A stretch of 64,000 nt of DNA, taken from contig JBFFUI010000008.1 of assembly GCA_041571435.1 (NCBI GenBank), forward strand, positions 4,581 through 68,580. Reading direction: 5' to 3'. The notes beneath the pieces were generated by a model. That model made no database searches, was not told the origin of the DNA, and saw nothing but the letters and a program-made list of their open reading frames with translations. Source of the stretch: Sulfurimonadaceae bacterium (GTDB taxonomy: Bacteria > Campylobacterota > Campylobacteria > Campylobacterales > Sulfurimonadaceae). The stretch's first letter is position 1. Every line of letters starts with the position of its first letter. A program made the translations under genes and the position numbers. This document shows positions 49,445-60,909 of this stretch, piece by piece.

Positions 49445-50283
49445 TGTTTGAAGATTTGAAACCGCATCTGGTTGAGCTGCGCAAACGCCTCGCCATCTCT
49501 GCCATCAGTATCGTCGTCGCATTTTTTATCATGTTCTATTTCCATGAATTTCTTTTGGAGTGGATGATCGCACCGCTCAACGATGCACTTATTGAGGTGG
49601 GTAAGAAATCAATGCATGCCGCCGAAGGTATGGTAACGACCAATCAAGTCGGCGGGGCCTTTTTTGTCGCACTGAAAGTTGCTTTCTTCTCCGGAATACT
49701 ACTGGCACTACCGGTTATTCTCGCACAGATCTGGATGTTTATCGCACCCGGTCTTTACGCCAATGAGAAAAAAATGCTACTGCCGTTTATCTTCGGCGGT
49801 ACGATCATGTTTGCCGTCGGTGTTGCCTTCGCCTACTACATTGTCACACCTTTCGGTTTTGACTTTTTGATCACCTTCGGTAGTTTCAAATTCACACCGC
49901 TGATAAATATCGAAGATTATGTCGGCTTTTTTACCAAGATCATGTTCGGTTTCGGACTTGCTTTTGAACTACCGGTCTTTGCCTATTTCCTGGCTCTTTT
50001 GGGACTTGTTGATGACAGACAGATGATCGCCTTTTTCAAGTATGCCGTGGTCATTATCTTTATTGTTGCCGCGCTTTTGACGCCGCCTGATGTTCTCACA
50101 CAACTCTTGATGGCAGGTCCACTTATCCTGCTTTACGGCATCTCTATCCTTCTCGTAAAACTGGTCAACCCGGCTGAAGACGAGCCGGAAGAAGATGCCA
50201 GCGACGAAGATGGTGTTGCCATCTTGAAAGATGCCCTCGGCATTGAAGATGACGATGCAGCCAGATCCACTCAAGACAAATAG
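49444..50283 (+). CDS. tatC: Tat translocase TatC
   Basis: HLVELRKRL, PGLY, FELP, TPPD. Confidence 0.97.
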   Translation: MFEDLKPHLVELRKRLAISAISIVVAFFIMFYFHEFLLEWMIAPLNDALIEVGKKSMHAAEGMVTTNQVGGAFFVALKVAFFSGILLALPVILAQIWMFIAPGLYANEKKMLLPFIFGGTIMFAVGVAFAYYIVTPFGFDFLITFGSFKFTPLINIEDYVGFFTKIMFGFGLAFELPVFAYFLALLGLVDDRQMIAFFKYAVVIIFIVAALLTPPDVLTQLLMAGPLILLYGISILLVKLVNPAEDEPEEDASDEDGVAILKDALGIEDDDAARSTQDK

Positions 50284-51283
50284 TTACGACTTCACACTTC
50301 CGCCGGAGCTGATCGCCACACGCCCGGTTGAACCGCGCGACCATGCGCGCCTATTGGTCTATGACCGTGCTACCGACACCATTACCCATTCACGTTTTGA
50401 TGCGCTGGAATCTTTTTTGCCGAAAGAGTGTGCCATCATCTTTAACGATACCAAAGTGATCAAAGCCCGCCTCTACGGCCATAAAGAGAGTGGCGGCAAG
50501 TTAGAGATGCTGATCAACCGTCCTTTGGATGCCCACAATGTCAACGTCTACGTGCGCGGTAAGGTTAAAGTCGATACTGTTATCTATTTTGAAGAGGGGT
50601 TTACTGCCAAAGTCACCGCTTTACATGATGATGGCAGCCGCGATGTCCATTTCTTTCTAGATGACAAGGTCTTGCGTTTTGAGGAGGTCCTGCCTATTAT
50701 CGATAAACAGGGACACATTCCACTTCCTCCATATATGCAGCGTGAAGATGCCAAAGAAGATGAAAATGATTATCAGAGTGTCTTCGCCCGCCATGAGGGT
50801 GCCGTGGCTGCACCGACTGCCTCGCTTCACTTTACATCAGAACAGTTTGAACGCATCTGCAAAAGTCATCCCCATGCATCCGTAACACTGCACGTCGGTG
50901 CTGGGACCTTCAAGCCCGTAGACAGTGAGATCATCACCGATCACCCTATGCATTCCGAATACTATAACATCTCCCCCGAAGCAAAAAAACTCTTTGACAG
51001 TCAACTGCCGCTGCTGTGTATCGGAACCACTTCGACACGTACTATCGAATATTATGCCCGTCACCAAGGGCAGCTTTCCGGCGAGGCTAACCTCTTTTTA
51101 CACCCCGGGAACAAGCCTTTGCGGGTCAACCATCTGTTGACAAACTTCCACTTGCCTCAGTCCACTCTGCTGATGCTTGTTGCCGCTTTCGTCGGTGTTG
51201 AAAAGACCCATCAGCTCTACCAAGAAGCTATCAAAGAGAAGTACCGTTTCTACTCCTATGGCGATGCCATGCTGATCTTATAA
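50255..51283 (+). CDS. queA: S-adenosylmethionine:tRNA ribosyltransferase-isomerase
   Basis: FNDTKVIKARL, PLPPY, AAPTASLHF, TNFHLP, YGDAMLI; start ATG 50255. Confidence 0.97.
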   Translation: MQPDPLKTNSYDFTLPPELIATRPVEPRDHARLLVYDRATDTITHSRFDALESFLPKECAIIFNDTKVIKARLYGHKESGGKLEMLINRPLDAHNVNVYVRGKVKVDTVIYFEEGFTAKVTALHDDGSRDVHFFLDDKVLRFEEVLPIIDKQGHIPLPPYMQREDAKEDENDYQSVFARHEGAVAAPTASLHFTSEQFERICKSHPHASVTLHVGAGTFKPVDSEIITDHPMHSEYYNISPEAKKLFDSQLPLLCIGTTSTRTIEYYARHQGQLSGEANLFLHPGNKPLRVNHLLTNFHLPQSTLLMLVAAFVGVEKTHQLYQEAIKEKYRFYSYGDAMLIL

Positions 51284-51348
51284 AATAATTTTCAATCTCG
51301 CTTCCGTTTAAGTTATAACTTTCTATAATGTATCCACAAAGATGATGG

Positions 51349-53196
51349 ATGAACAGCTTACGAATTTTAATTGTAGATGATGAAAAGATCACCACTAATA
51401 TTCTCTCCAGAATGCTTGAGGACAAGACCCATATCGAGGTGCTCACCTACCACAGTGCCCAAGAGGCGCTAAAGGCAGTCGAGAGCAGTCCATTTGACAT
51501 CATTCTCTCAGACATAAACATGCCCGGTATGAACGGTTTGGAGATGGTCAAAGAGATCCGTAAAAAAGACAAAGGTGTGAAGATCGCTATCTTTACGAAC
51601 TTTGACAACAAACAATATATGCTTGATGCTATTGAATACGGCGTCAACCAGTTCTTCTCCAAACCCTTTAAAAAAGAACATTTTCTTGACGTCATCAAGA
51701 ACCTCTCCGATGAGATCCTAGCAAAACGTGAGACGGAGAGAGCCCTCAATCGCCAGCAGAACATTCTCCATTCGATCAAAGAGATGGCCGAGCATTTTTT
51801 ACAACATGATGACTGGAACATCACCCTCCACCAACAGATGAAGGCGCTCAAAGATGCGGCAGAGGCCTCATCAATATTTATCTTTAAAAACCTAAACCCG
51901 GAAAATCCTATTGTTGCGCAACGTTATCTCTCGATCAACGATGACGTTGAAGCCTTTACCCCCAATCTTCTTCACTATAAAGCATTGAACCTTGAAGATT
52001 GGAAAAAGAGGCTCTCCCACGATGAGTATATCAACGGTATTGTCGAAGATTTTAACGAGAAACAGCAGTATCTTCTACACTCCTATAAGATCAACGCTCT
52101 ACTGATGCTGCCAGTTTTTGCCAACAACTGCTGGTGGGGCTTTTTGGGCATTGGTCACACACAGAAAAAACTGTTTGACCAGTCAAGTCTTGAGATGCTT
52201 GAAACCGTCGCCAGAATTATCGGTTCAGCTATCAACAACCAAAAAAATCTACGTTCACATGAGATCCGCAGTGCTGTCTTTGAGCATACCGTTGACGGCA
52301 TTGTCATTACCGATGCTGATAACCGTATCGTCAATATTAACAAATCATTCAGCGACATTACCGGTTTTTCGCTACAAGATGTCTCTGGAAAAGATCCGAA
52401 TATCCTGCAGTCCTCTATGCATGATCCGCATTTTTACCAACAGATGTGGGAACAGATCAATACCAACGGGTATTGGCAGGGCGAGATCAAGAACCGCCGT
52501 AAAAATGATGAAGTCTATATTGGATGGCTGAGCATCAACACTATCAGAGACAGTGAAGGTCATCTCCAGAACTATGTCGGTATCTTCTCGGACGTAACGG
52601 CACACCGCACCGACCAACTTGACTATGCCCACCTCGCAACACACGATGCGTTGACCGGACTGGCCAACCGTGTTCTGCTGAATGACCGCCTGGAACAGGC
52701 AATCAACCATGCAAAACGCTTCAACAACGGCGTTGCCGTAATCTTCTGTGATCTGGACAATTTCAAGCCCATCAACGACAACTACGGCCACACTGCAGGC
52801 GACCAGGCTCTCATACACTGTAGCGACTACTTTAGCTCCGTTGTCCGTGCAGAGGATACGGTAAGCCGTTACGGCGGGGATGAGTTTGTTATCATTCTTG
52901 GCGACATCGAAGCCACGAGCGATCTCACTGCCGTCACCGAAAAGATCCTCAACATAACCAAGATCGCCTTTAAGATCGATGAGAATGAAATCACGTTAGA
53001 GATGAGTGCCGGGATCAGCTTCTATCCCCAGGATACTGATAACGCCGTCGAACTAATCGATAAAGCGGACGAAGCGATGTACAAGGCAAAAAAAGCCGGC
53101 AAGAACCAGCTTCATTATTACAATAAACCACTTGACACGACGTTATTGCAGACAAGGCCCGACCAAAAAGAGATCGAGATTTGCTTTAACATATAG
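51349..53196 (+). CDS. diguanylate cyclase (REC-GAF-PAS-GGDEF)
   Basis: IILSDINMP REC, GAF-like segment, PAS/PAC, DLDNFK..ND..GH, RAED I-site and RYGGDEF. Confidence 0.92.
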   Translation: MNSLRILIVDDEKITTNILSRMLEDKTHIEVLTYHSAQEALKAVESSPFDIILSDINMPGMNGLEMVKEIRKKDKGVKIAIFTNFDNKQYMLDAIEYGVNQFFSKPFKKEHFLDVIKNLSDEILAKRETERALNRQQNILHSIKEMAEHFLQHDDWNITLHQQMKALKDAAEASSIFIFKNLNPENPIVAQRYLSINDDVEAFTPNLLHYKALNLEDWKKRLSHDEYINGIVEDFNEKQQYLLHSYKINALLMLPVFANNCWWGFLGIGHTQKKLFDQSSLEMLETVARIIGSAINNQKNLRSHEIRSAVFEHTVDGIVITDADNRIVNINKSFSDITGFSLQDVSGKDPNILQSSMHDPHFYQQMWEQINTNGYWQGEIKNRRKNDEVYIGWLSINTIRDSEGHLQNYVGIFSDVTAHRTDQLDYAHLATHDALTGLANRVLLNDRLEQAINHAKRFNNGVAVIFCDLDNFKPINDNYGHTAGDQALIHCSDYFSSVVRAEDTVSRYGGDEFVIILGDIEATSDLTAVTEKILNITKIAFKIDENEITLEMSAGISFYPQDTDNAVELIDKADEAMYKAKKAGKNQLHYYNKPLDTTLLQTRPDQKEIEICFNI

Positions 53197-53959
53197 TGAT
53201 TATGCCGTCCTTGACAATGATCTTTCCTTCCAGCTCATAGAGTGCGACCTTCTCTCCGTACTGTCTCAGCGCCTCTTCATAAGCGGGTGCGCCTTGGCAG
53301 AACTGCAAGAATTCATCTGCTTCAACCGCTTTGGCCTGACCATACTGTGCAACAAATGCATCAATGTCATAAATGACCTCGGCCTTACCAGCTTTGACCA
53401 GGTCCATGGTACCGTCACTCTCACCCATCCTATGGGCAAAGGTATAGATCTTTTTACCCATCGCCAGTGCATATTCAACACTGCGCATCGAACCGCTGTC
53501 ACGCAACGCTTCAGCAACAATCAGTACATCACCGAGTGCGACGACCATCTCGTTTCGCGACACAAAGCTCCATTTGGCCGCCAAGGTCCCCTCTTCGTAC
53601 ATGCTCAGCAGCAGCCCCTCTTCCTCGATCTTCTCAAAAAGTTCCCGGTTTGTCATCGGGTACCGGATGTCAAGTCCACACGGCATCACGGCGATTGTAT
53701 TGGCATAGCCTGCTCCAAAATGGGCCTGGCCGTCAACACCCATGGCCCCGCCACTGACAACAGTAACCCCGACAGCGGTAAGTCTGTGGGCCAGGTCAGC
53801 TGTCATCTGTCTGGTGTATTGCATCGGTGTTCGTGTACCGACGATACTGACCTTCGGTCTGTTCAGCAGGGCTGTGTTCCCGCGAAAGAAAATCTTTTTA
53901 GGCTCTTTTTTCATCGCTGAAAAGTGATGGAAATCCTCTCGGGGAAGCGTCTGTGTCAT
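53186..53959 (-). CDS. dprA: DNA-processing protein DprA
   Basis: SIVGTR, VSGGAMGVD, FVSRN, SGS motifs. Confidence 0.93.
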   Translation of the reverse strand: MTQTLPREDFHHFSAMKKEPKKIFFRGNTALLNRPKVSIVGTRTPMQYTRQMTADLAHRLTAVGVTVVSGGAMGVDGQAHFGAGYANTIAVMPCGLDIRYPMTNRELFEKIEEEGLLLSMYEEGTLAAKWSFVSRNEMVVALGDVLIVAEALRDSGSMRSVEYALAMGKKIYTFAHRMGESDGTMDLVKAGKAEVIYDIDAFVAQYGQAKAVEADEFLQFCQGAPAYEEALRQYGEKVALYELEGKIIVKDGIITIC

Positions 53960-54930
53960 CGTTTTGTCAGCTTGTCGATTCGGACCAGCTCCACACTGTC
54001 GAATAGTGCTGTCGACTCTTTAAGCGCTTTAAGTGTTGCTTGATGCGGATGACAGATGGCAATGCATTTGCCGTATTTGTTGGCAATGCTGATAGCCTTC
54101 TTTATCTGCGCTTTGATAGCGTCGACATTGGCATCATGGTCTAAAAAGACATCCCGTGTCTGATACGGCATCTTGTACCGCTTCATCACCTGTTCAGCTT
54201 TGGTCTCAGCTGTCGTACGCGAGTCAATAAAACCGATCTTCTCAAGCCGAAGTGCAAAAATAAGTTTGTTCATTGCCTTAGCGTCCGAGGTAAACTTGCT
54301 GCCGGTGTGGTTGTTGATGTACTCCACTTTGGGAAACTGCTGCTTGACTTTTAGAATGCGTTCAACGATCTTCTCTTTTGAATCGCTTGTAAGCAGTGTC
54401 GAGGTCTCAGGTGAGTTGAAATTCATCGCTTCCATCGGCATGTGCACCATATAGTACGGCTCTTTTGCCGCCAGTTTTGCCGAATTCGGATGGCGGGAGG
54501 TCGGTGGTAGAAAAGACATAGTGACCGGAAGATTCAGACCTTTGATCTGTTTGACATCACCCGAAAATGAGACATCATCAAATATGATGGCCAGCTTCCC
54601 TTTTTTACCCTCTATTTTTTCAATTTTTTTCTCGATGTGGTTTGGCGGCGTGCTGCTGTTGCCATACTCATGCCGGGCTGTTTGGTTGGTCAGTCTTGAT
54701 ATCTTCTGCTGCAGTCTTTTGGTCTCTTTTTTATGTTCGGTGATGACACAGGCGCTCTCCTCTTTTGCCTGGTTGTATCCGGCGTAAAAACCGACCACAC
54801 CTGCTGCGCTTAGTACCGATACAATGGCCAGCACCCAATACGAATAGTGAACAAAACGTTCTAGATCAAACCACTTCTTTGTCGATGATCTTTTTGTAGA
54901 CTTTTTAGGGGTTGTTTTTTTCACTGCCAT
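53956..54930 (-). CDS. divergent polysaccharide deacetylase family protein
   Basis: AIIFDD, HMPME, NNHTGS, FIDSRT, RDVFLD, AICHP. Confidence 0.92.
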   Translation of the reverse strand: MAVKKTTPKKSTKRSSTKKWFDLERFVHYSYWVLAIVSVLSAAGVVGFYAGYNQAKEESACVITEHKKETKRLQQKISRLTNQTARHEYGNSSTPPNHIEKKIEKIEGKKGKLAIIFDDVSFSGDVKQIKGLNLPVTMSFLPPTSRHPNSAKLAAKEPYYMVHMPMEAMNFNSPETSTLLTSDSKEKIVERILKVKQQFPKVEYINNHTGSKFTSDAKAMNKLIFALRLEKIGFIDSRTTAETKAEQVMKRYKMPYQTRDVFLDHDANVDAIKAQIKKAISIANKYGKCIAICHPHQATLKALKESTALFDSVELVRIDKLTKR

Positions 54931-55153
54931 AGTTACCTGTCATTTTTTGAGTGCTCTATTCTAATCTATATAGCGTTAGATGCGGATTAATGTGGCATTC
55001 TGCCTCAATAACTTGCCTATATCACCCAGGAAGTTTTAATACAGATTTATCGCCTCTGTAGTTAGGGTATTAATCGGAACAGTCCTTATATATTGTCATA
55101 AAATTAGCCAAAATATCACTGCACGTTGGTGAAAGATAAGTATAATGTGCACT

Positions 55154-55687
55154 ATGATTCGAAAAGTCTTTAAAAAACGAAAAAGAAGCAATGCGCTTGA
55201 TGCTGTCATCACCAAATACAATATTCCAAGAGAGTATCTCAGTGTCAACCGCAATGCTGTCTCAAAAGCGATCTTGGTAGGGCTTTTCTTTGGGTTTATC
55301 CCGATGCCGATGCAGATGTTGGCGGTCATATTTATGATACCGTTTATGAAGTTCAACGTCCCTATCGGTGTAAGTCTGGTCTGGATCACCAACCCTGTCA
55401 CGATGCCCTTTATCTTTTATGCAGAACTTATCATTGGTGACCTAATCATGCTTGAACCTGTCACACAGGACCTGGATTTCATGGTCGAGCTTTTTACGAT
55501 GGACTGGTTTTCAACCGTTTTTCTTTCCAAACTGATGGAGATCATTGTCCCGATGTACATCGGTGCGTTTTTTACCGCCACAGTACTTGCTGTTAGCGGT
55601 TACTACAGCGTCCGCTACCTCTGGTGGCGCTCTGTCCACGAAGAGAAGTTACGCAAGGAAAAAGAGAAGTTTCACAGCGGAGAGTAA
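55154..55687 (+). CDS. DUF2062 family membrane protein
   Basis: GLFFGFIP, WITNPVT motifs; start ATG 55154. Confidence 0.88.
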   Translation: MIRKVFKKRKRSNALDAVITKYNIPREYLSVNRNAVSKAILVGLFFGFIPMPMQMLAVIFMIPFMKFNVPIGVSLVWITNPVTMPFIFYAELIIGDLIMLEPVTQDLDFMVELFTMDWFSTVFLSKLMEIIVPMYIGAFFTATVLAVSGYYSVRYLWWRSVHEEKLRKEKEKFHSGE

Positions 55688-55908
55688 TTATATTTTCCTC
55701 TCTTCTCCTGATTAACAATCTATGCCTATACCTGTAGTAACAAGCAAAGCGATGTTCTGATAAGAATCATTTAAAGACTAAAAGAGTGGTGTAATTGCAA
55801 GAAGCATAGGGAGAAAGTGCCCTAGTGGACATGACGAGCGTAGTGACGATATCTCACTTGCAGTATGCCGGGGGCAAGCTGCAATGAGTAAAGTCATATA
55901 TATATTTT

Positions 55909-56952
<1,044 letters not shown>

Positions 56953-57093
56953 CTACTTCGAGGTGAAAATTTCGCGGATTATATCCTAACTAAGTAAAAA
57001 AACAGTTTATAGGAAGCTTAGTTCCTCCAACTTGCACATATCTTTTAATTTATGCGTGATAGAATTCATCAATTAAAATTTCGGATATTAACT

Positions 57094-57744
57094 ATGAAAA
57101 AATTCAATCTTCTAAAAGAGATTATTGTCATCTCGCGTAACGAGCTTCTCAAAGCGATCAACACTAATCAAGAGTTTGCAATTAACTATAAAGGCGAAGT
57201 GCTTGCTCCGCCCTATGCCGAAAAAGAGATCTTCATCTTCAAAGGCAAGGCAGAAGCGCCAAAAGTCTCTGCACTCAGTATGCCAAAACCACAGACAATT
57301 GCAGATATTCTGGGCAGCAACTATAAAATCGTAGAAGATGAAGACCGTGTTCTCATCAAAGCCGGCGGCAACTGGCAAGCACTTATCGGTCTCAATATGC
57401 CGAACTCGGGATATGACGACACCACGGCTGACGGTGTCGCAGAATTTGCCGACAGGGAGATGGAGAACATCGGCTGGATGGCGACAGACTTCGAGATCGG
57501 TTACCGTGATATGGTCGAAGAGCTAGAGTCCAAAGTTGACGGTCTCGTCTTCTGTATCGAGCAGGAGGAGCCTTATCAATTCAGCGGTATGGGCTTTTTC
57601 TTTGATATTGAGGAAGCGAAAGAGTGTCTCTTTAACTACTGTCAGGCCATCGTCAAAGAGAAGATCGCCAATGACCCTCATTTCGCAGCAGACAACCTCA
57701 CCGACGATGAGGAAGAAGCAGCGAAGTTCTTTCAAGCACTTTAA
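57094..57744 (+). CDS. hypothetical acidic protein
   Basis: Host-like codon usage; likely start ATG 57094. Confidence 0.75.
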   Translation: MKKFNLLKEIIVISRNELLKAINTNQEFAINYKGEVLAPPYAEKEIFIFKGKAEAPKVSALSMPKPQTIADILGSNYKIVEDEDRVLIKAGGNWQALIGLNMPNSGYDDTTADGVAEFADREMENIGWMATDFEIGYRDMVEELESKVDGLVFCIEQEEPYQFSGMGFFFDIEEAKECLFNYCQAIVKEKIANDPHFAADNLTDDEEEAAKFFQAL

Positions 57745-58136
57745 TCGCCGTTAGCCCGCAGCCAGCGTTCCAAAATGACCTTGGCCGCGATCGAATCAAC
57801 ACGGCCGTCACGTTTGTACTTGATCGTACCCTTCATCATATCTTCTGCTTCTATTGAACTCCCCGCCTCATCCTGATAATAAAGTGGCCCATCAAAGTCA
57901 ACCAGGTTCATAAAGTGTGCGACACGGCGGCACATCTCATCTTCTGAGCTTCCGCCCATCGGGATACCGACGACCACTGCTTCCGCTTCCCACTCTTCTA
58001 TCACCTTTTTTACGGCAGCCGACGCCTGATTGCGGTTTTTCCGCTCTACTGCTTCAAGTGGGGTGACGATCCCCTGCCCTCCGCTGTAGGCAAGTCCGAT
58101 ACGTTTAAGGCCCAGATCTATTGCAATGATCTTCAT
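57741..58136 (-). CDS. ruvX: Holliday junction resolvase-like YqgF/RuvX
   Basis: IAIDLGLKRIGLA, VVGIP, DE, DSIAA; start ATG 58136. Confidence 0.93.
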   Translation of the reverse strand: MKIIAIDLGLKRIGLAYSGGQGIVTPLEAVERKNRNQASAAVKKVIEEWEAEAVVVGIPMGGSSEDEMCRRVAHFMNLVDFDGPLYYQDEAGSSIEAEDMMKGTIKYKRDGRVDSIAAKVILERWLRANGD

Positions 58137-58137
58137 G

Positions 58138-59481
58138 TCATTTTCCAAGGCAGAAAGAGCCGAACATCTTGTCCAGCATCTCGTCATTTTCAAACGGACG
58201 AGTGATCGATGCCATGGCATGGATAGCCTGGTTCATGTGAAAAGAGAAGATCTCAAGGTCCTGATCCGCAAGTGGTTCGACCGCGTCATCGATCTCTGCC
58301 AAAGTCTTTTTGACGGCTTCGATCTGACGCGAAGAGATCAGCATCATCTCATCGGAGACATTCTGACTATCCATGATCGTCTTGAGTTTGTCTATCAGTT
58401 CACCACTGTCGGCTTTAGCGCTGATACCTATCGGTGAAAAAGCCTCAATGGCACGCTTATAAAACTTCTGCTCTAGATCCTGTTTATTGATGACACAGAT
58501 AAAAGCTCTGTCCTTTTTGTGCGCCTGCATCAGTTCGATGATCTTCTCGTCTTCTTCATCAAGCACACGGCTTCCGTCAAAGATGGCGATGACGATATCA
58601 CTCTCCTCCACGGCTTCGATGGATCGTCCGATCCCGATACGCTCTATCTCATCACCCGCCTCACGAATACCCGCCGTGTCAACGATACGGATCATATGCG
58701 AACCGATCTTCACCTGCTCTTCGATCGTGTCACGTGTGGTACCGGCGATCTCACTAACAATAGCGCGGTTGTAGTTGAGCAGTGCGTTCAGCAGTGAGCT
58801 TTTACCCACGTTAGGTTTTCCGATCAGTGAGACTTTGAAACCCTGCATAAGTCCCCGGCGGCTCTCACTCGCCTGCAATGTACGCTGGAGGTTCTTGGAG
58901 ATCTCACTCAAACGTGCCTGTATCTGCTCGATTAGGTCTTCAGGTAGATCCTCTTCGGCATAGTCGATGGTCACTTCCGAGTAGGCTAAAGCGTGCAGAA
59001 GCTGGTCTCTGACCTCTTCGACATAATGTCGCAGTGACCCCTTCATCTGCTTGGCCAGGATCTTGGCGGCATCCTCACTTTTTGCTTCGATAAGTTGTGC
59101 AATAGCTTCGGCTTCAGTAAGATCGATACGCCCGTTCATGAAAGCACGTTTCGAGTACTCTCCCGGCTCGGCCAGTCTCGCCCCTGCATTCAGTGTCGCC
59201 TGCAGGATCTCCTGGGCAACAACCATGCCGCCGTGACATTGAAATTCGACAACATCTTCTCCGGTGAAGCTTTTTGGGCCTTCAAAATAGATAGATACGG
59301 TCTCGTCGATTAATTCCTTATCAGCATTGTAAAGCGGCGTCAAATGGGCATAACGCACCTTAAATGCATCGCGTTTCGTCAATGTTTTGGCAATCGAAAG
59401 GGCATTCTCGCCGCTAAGACGAATGATGGCAATAGAACCGACGCCATGCGCCGTGGCAATAGCCGTAATAGTATCGTTCAT
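58138..59481 (-). CDS. mnmE: tRNA modification GTPase MnmE
   Basis: DTITAIAT, SFTGED, GKPNVGKSS, GTTRD, DTAG, terminal FCLGK. Confidence 0.98.
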   Translation of the reverse strand: MNDTITAIATAHGVGSIAIIRLSGENALSIAKTLTKRDAFKVRYAHLTPLYNADKELIDETVSIYFEGPKSFTGEDVVEFQCHGGMVVAQEILQATLNAGARLAEPGEYSKRAFMNGRIDLTEAEAIAQLIEAKSEDAAKILAKQMKGSLRHYVEEVRDQLLHALAYSEVTIDYAEEDLPEDLIEQIQARLSEISKNLQRTLQASESRRGLMQGFKVSLIGKPNVGKSSLLNALLNYNRAIVSEIAGTTRDTIEEQVKIGSHMIRIVDTAGIREAGDEIERIGIGRSIEAVEESDIVIAIFDGSRVLDEEDEKIIELMQAHKKDRAFICVINKQDLEQKFYKRAIEAFSPIGISAKADSGELIDKLKTIMDSQNVSDEMMLISSRQIEAVKKTLAEIDDAVEPLADQDLEIFSFHMNQAIHAMASITRPFENDEMLDKMFGSFCLGK

Positions 59482-59625
59482 GAAGTTTCCAAGTCTTTTA
59501 ATAATGACATTTTATCCAAACTGGAGATGTGAGTCATCATTAAAACGCTCATATTTTTACAGGTCTTCGAAAAAATGTATCTGTTAGTTAAATTCTCATT
59601 GATGCCGTCATAAAAGCTTCCCTTG

Positions 59626-60909
59626 CTAATATGCGTTGAGAACACCCCTCATCTTTTCATAATTTTGATTTTTTTTACAATATCTGAAAAGTCCGGTTCT
59701 TGTTGTGTAACCATATTTGTCTATTAAATCCGGATCGGCACCTTTCGACAATAACAGTTTTACCAGTTCAAAATTTCTACAGCCTTTCGCAGCCAACGTG
59801 AGTGCCGTTTCGCTCTTGTTGTATTGATAGTTTACGTCTGCACCATGTTTCAAAAACAGTTTGAACAGTTCAATATCCTCTGTAGCTAAAGAAAAAGGTG
59901 AATAGAATCCATCACTATCTCGGGCATACATATCTGCACCATGTTCGAGTAACAGTTCAACCGCTTTAAGGCTTTTCGCCATTACGGCATTATGCAAAAG
60001 TGTGTATCCCCTTTTATCCCTCTCTTCAATATTTTTACCGGAAGCGATATGTTCTTTAACTTCAATCAATTGTTTCTTATTTCTGGCAGTTATTCTTTCC
60101 AACATACGTATTCGTTGTTTTTCAACTGCGGCTTTATCTAGCTTCTTATGTTTTTTAGTTCTCATTATTCTTCTTTTATTTTGAAGGGCCCTAAGGTGTT
60201 TGTATTCTTCATTTTTTTTTCGTCTTATTTTTTCAAAATGTTCCGGGTGATAACTTTCTAAATATGCGTACCATTCACGCGAGTTATTCACGGTATCATA
60301 ACGCTCTAAATAGAGGTTCATAAATTCAGAGAAAACATCCTTGAGCGGTATCTCTTGATTACAGATATCTTTGTCGTGTTCTCCGACCGGATATAAAATT
60401 GTGATTTCAATATCTTCAATCAGATCAAAGTCAAAAATCTTTTCATTTTCAAACAATAGCAGTTCGTTGTCTCTGGATTGTTGGACTTTTTGAGGTGTTG
60501 TTGCATGATTATTTCTAGCATTTAGCCTGTAATTATTACTCTCTTCCAACCAGTCAATTCTATTTTGTTTTAGTTGCTTTTTGATGCACTCAAGAGCCAA
60601 ACCATACTGGACGCGGGCTTTAAATATCTCGTACCGATCTTTCGCATCAATAAAATATTTCATGTATTCTCTTAACTGCGTATCATAATATGCGATGATC
60701 TTATCATTGTTTGGGGATATAGGATACGCTCTGGTATAGGACTCCTCCTCAGTCAGTACCGATTGATCTATTTTGTACTTGTAACGGTTATTTGGAGCAA
60801 AGTGTTCGTATATGACGAATTGATACAACAATATAGATCCAAACATAAACAAAAAAGTAGCTGCAATCGCGATCATTGCTCTTAAAAATGAGCTTTTATC
60901 CCTTATCAT
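59626..60909 (-). CDS. membrane-anchored ankyrin repeat protein
   Basis: N-terminal TM; three C-terminal ANK repeats (GYTLLHNA...GAD, TALTLAA...GADP). Confidence 0.85.
   Translation of the reverse strand: MIRDKSSFLRAMIAIAATFLFMFGSILLYQFVIYEHFAPNNRYKYKIDQSVLTEEESYTRAYPISPNNDKIIAYYDTQLREYMKYFIDAKDRYEIFKARVQYGLALECIKKQLKQNRIDWLEESNNYRLNARNNHATTPQKVQQSRDNELLLFENEKIFDFDLIEDIEITILYPVGEHDKDICNQEIPLKDVFSEFMNLYLERYDTVNNSREWYAYLESYHPEHFEKIRRKKNEEYKHLRALQNKRRIMRTKKHKKLDKAAVEKQRIRMLERITARNKKQLIEVKEHIASGKNIEERDKRGYTLLHNAVMAKSLKAVELLLEHGADMYARDSDGFYSPFSLATEDIELFKLFLKHGADVNYQYNKSETALTLAAKGCRNFELVKLLLSKGADPDLIDKYGYTTRTGLFRYCKKNQNYEKMRGVLNAY

Noticed and set aside
53132-53920. 262-aa antisense ORF over dprA, and similar shadow ORFs (e.g. 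2023-2655, 30844-31479, 63289-63654)
   Set aside because: Opposite-strand shadows of well-supported genes with no recognisable motifs.
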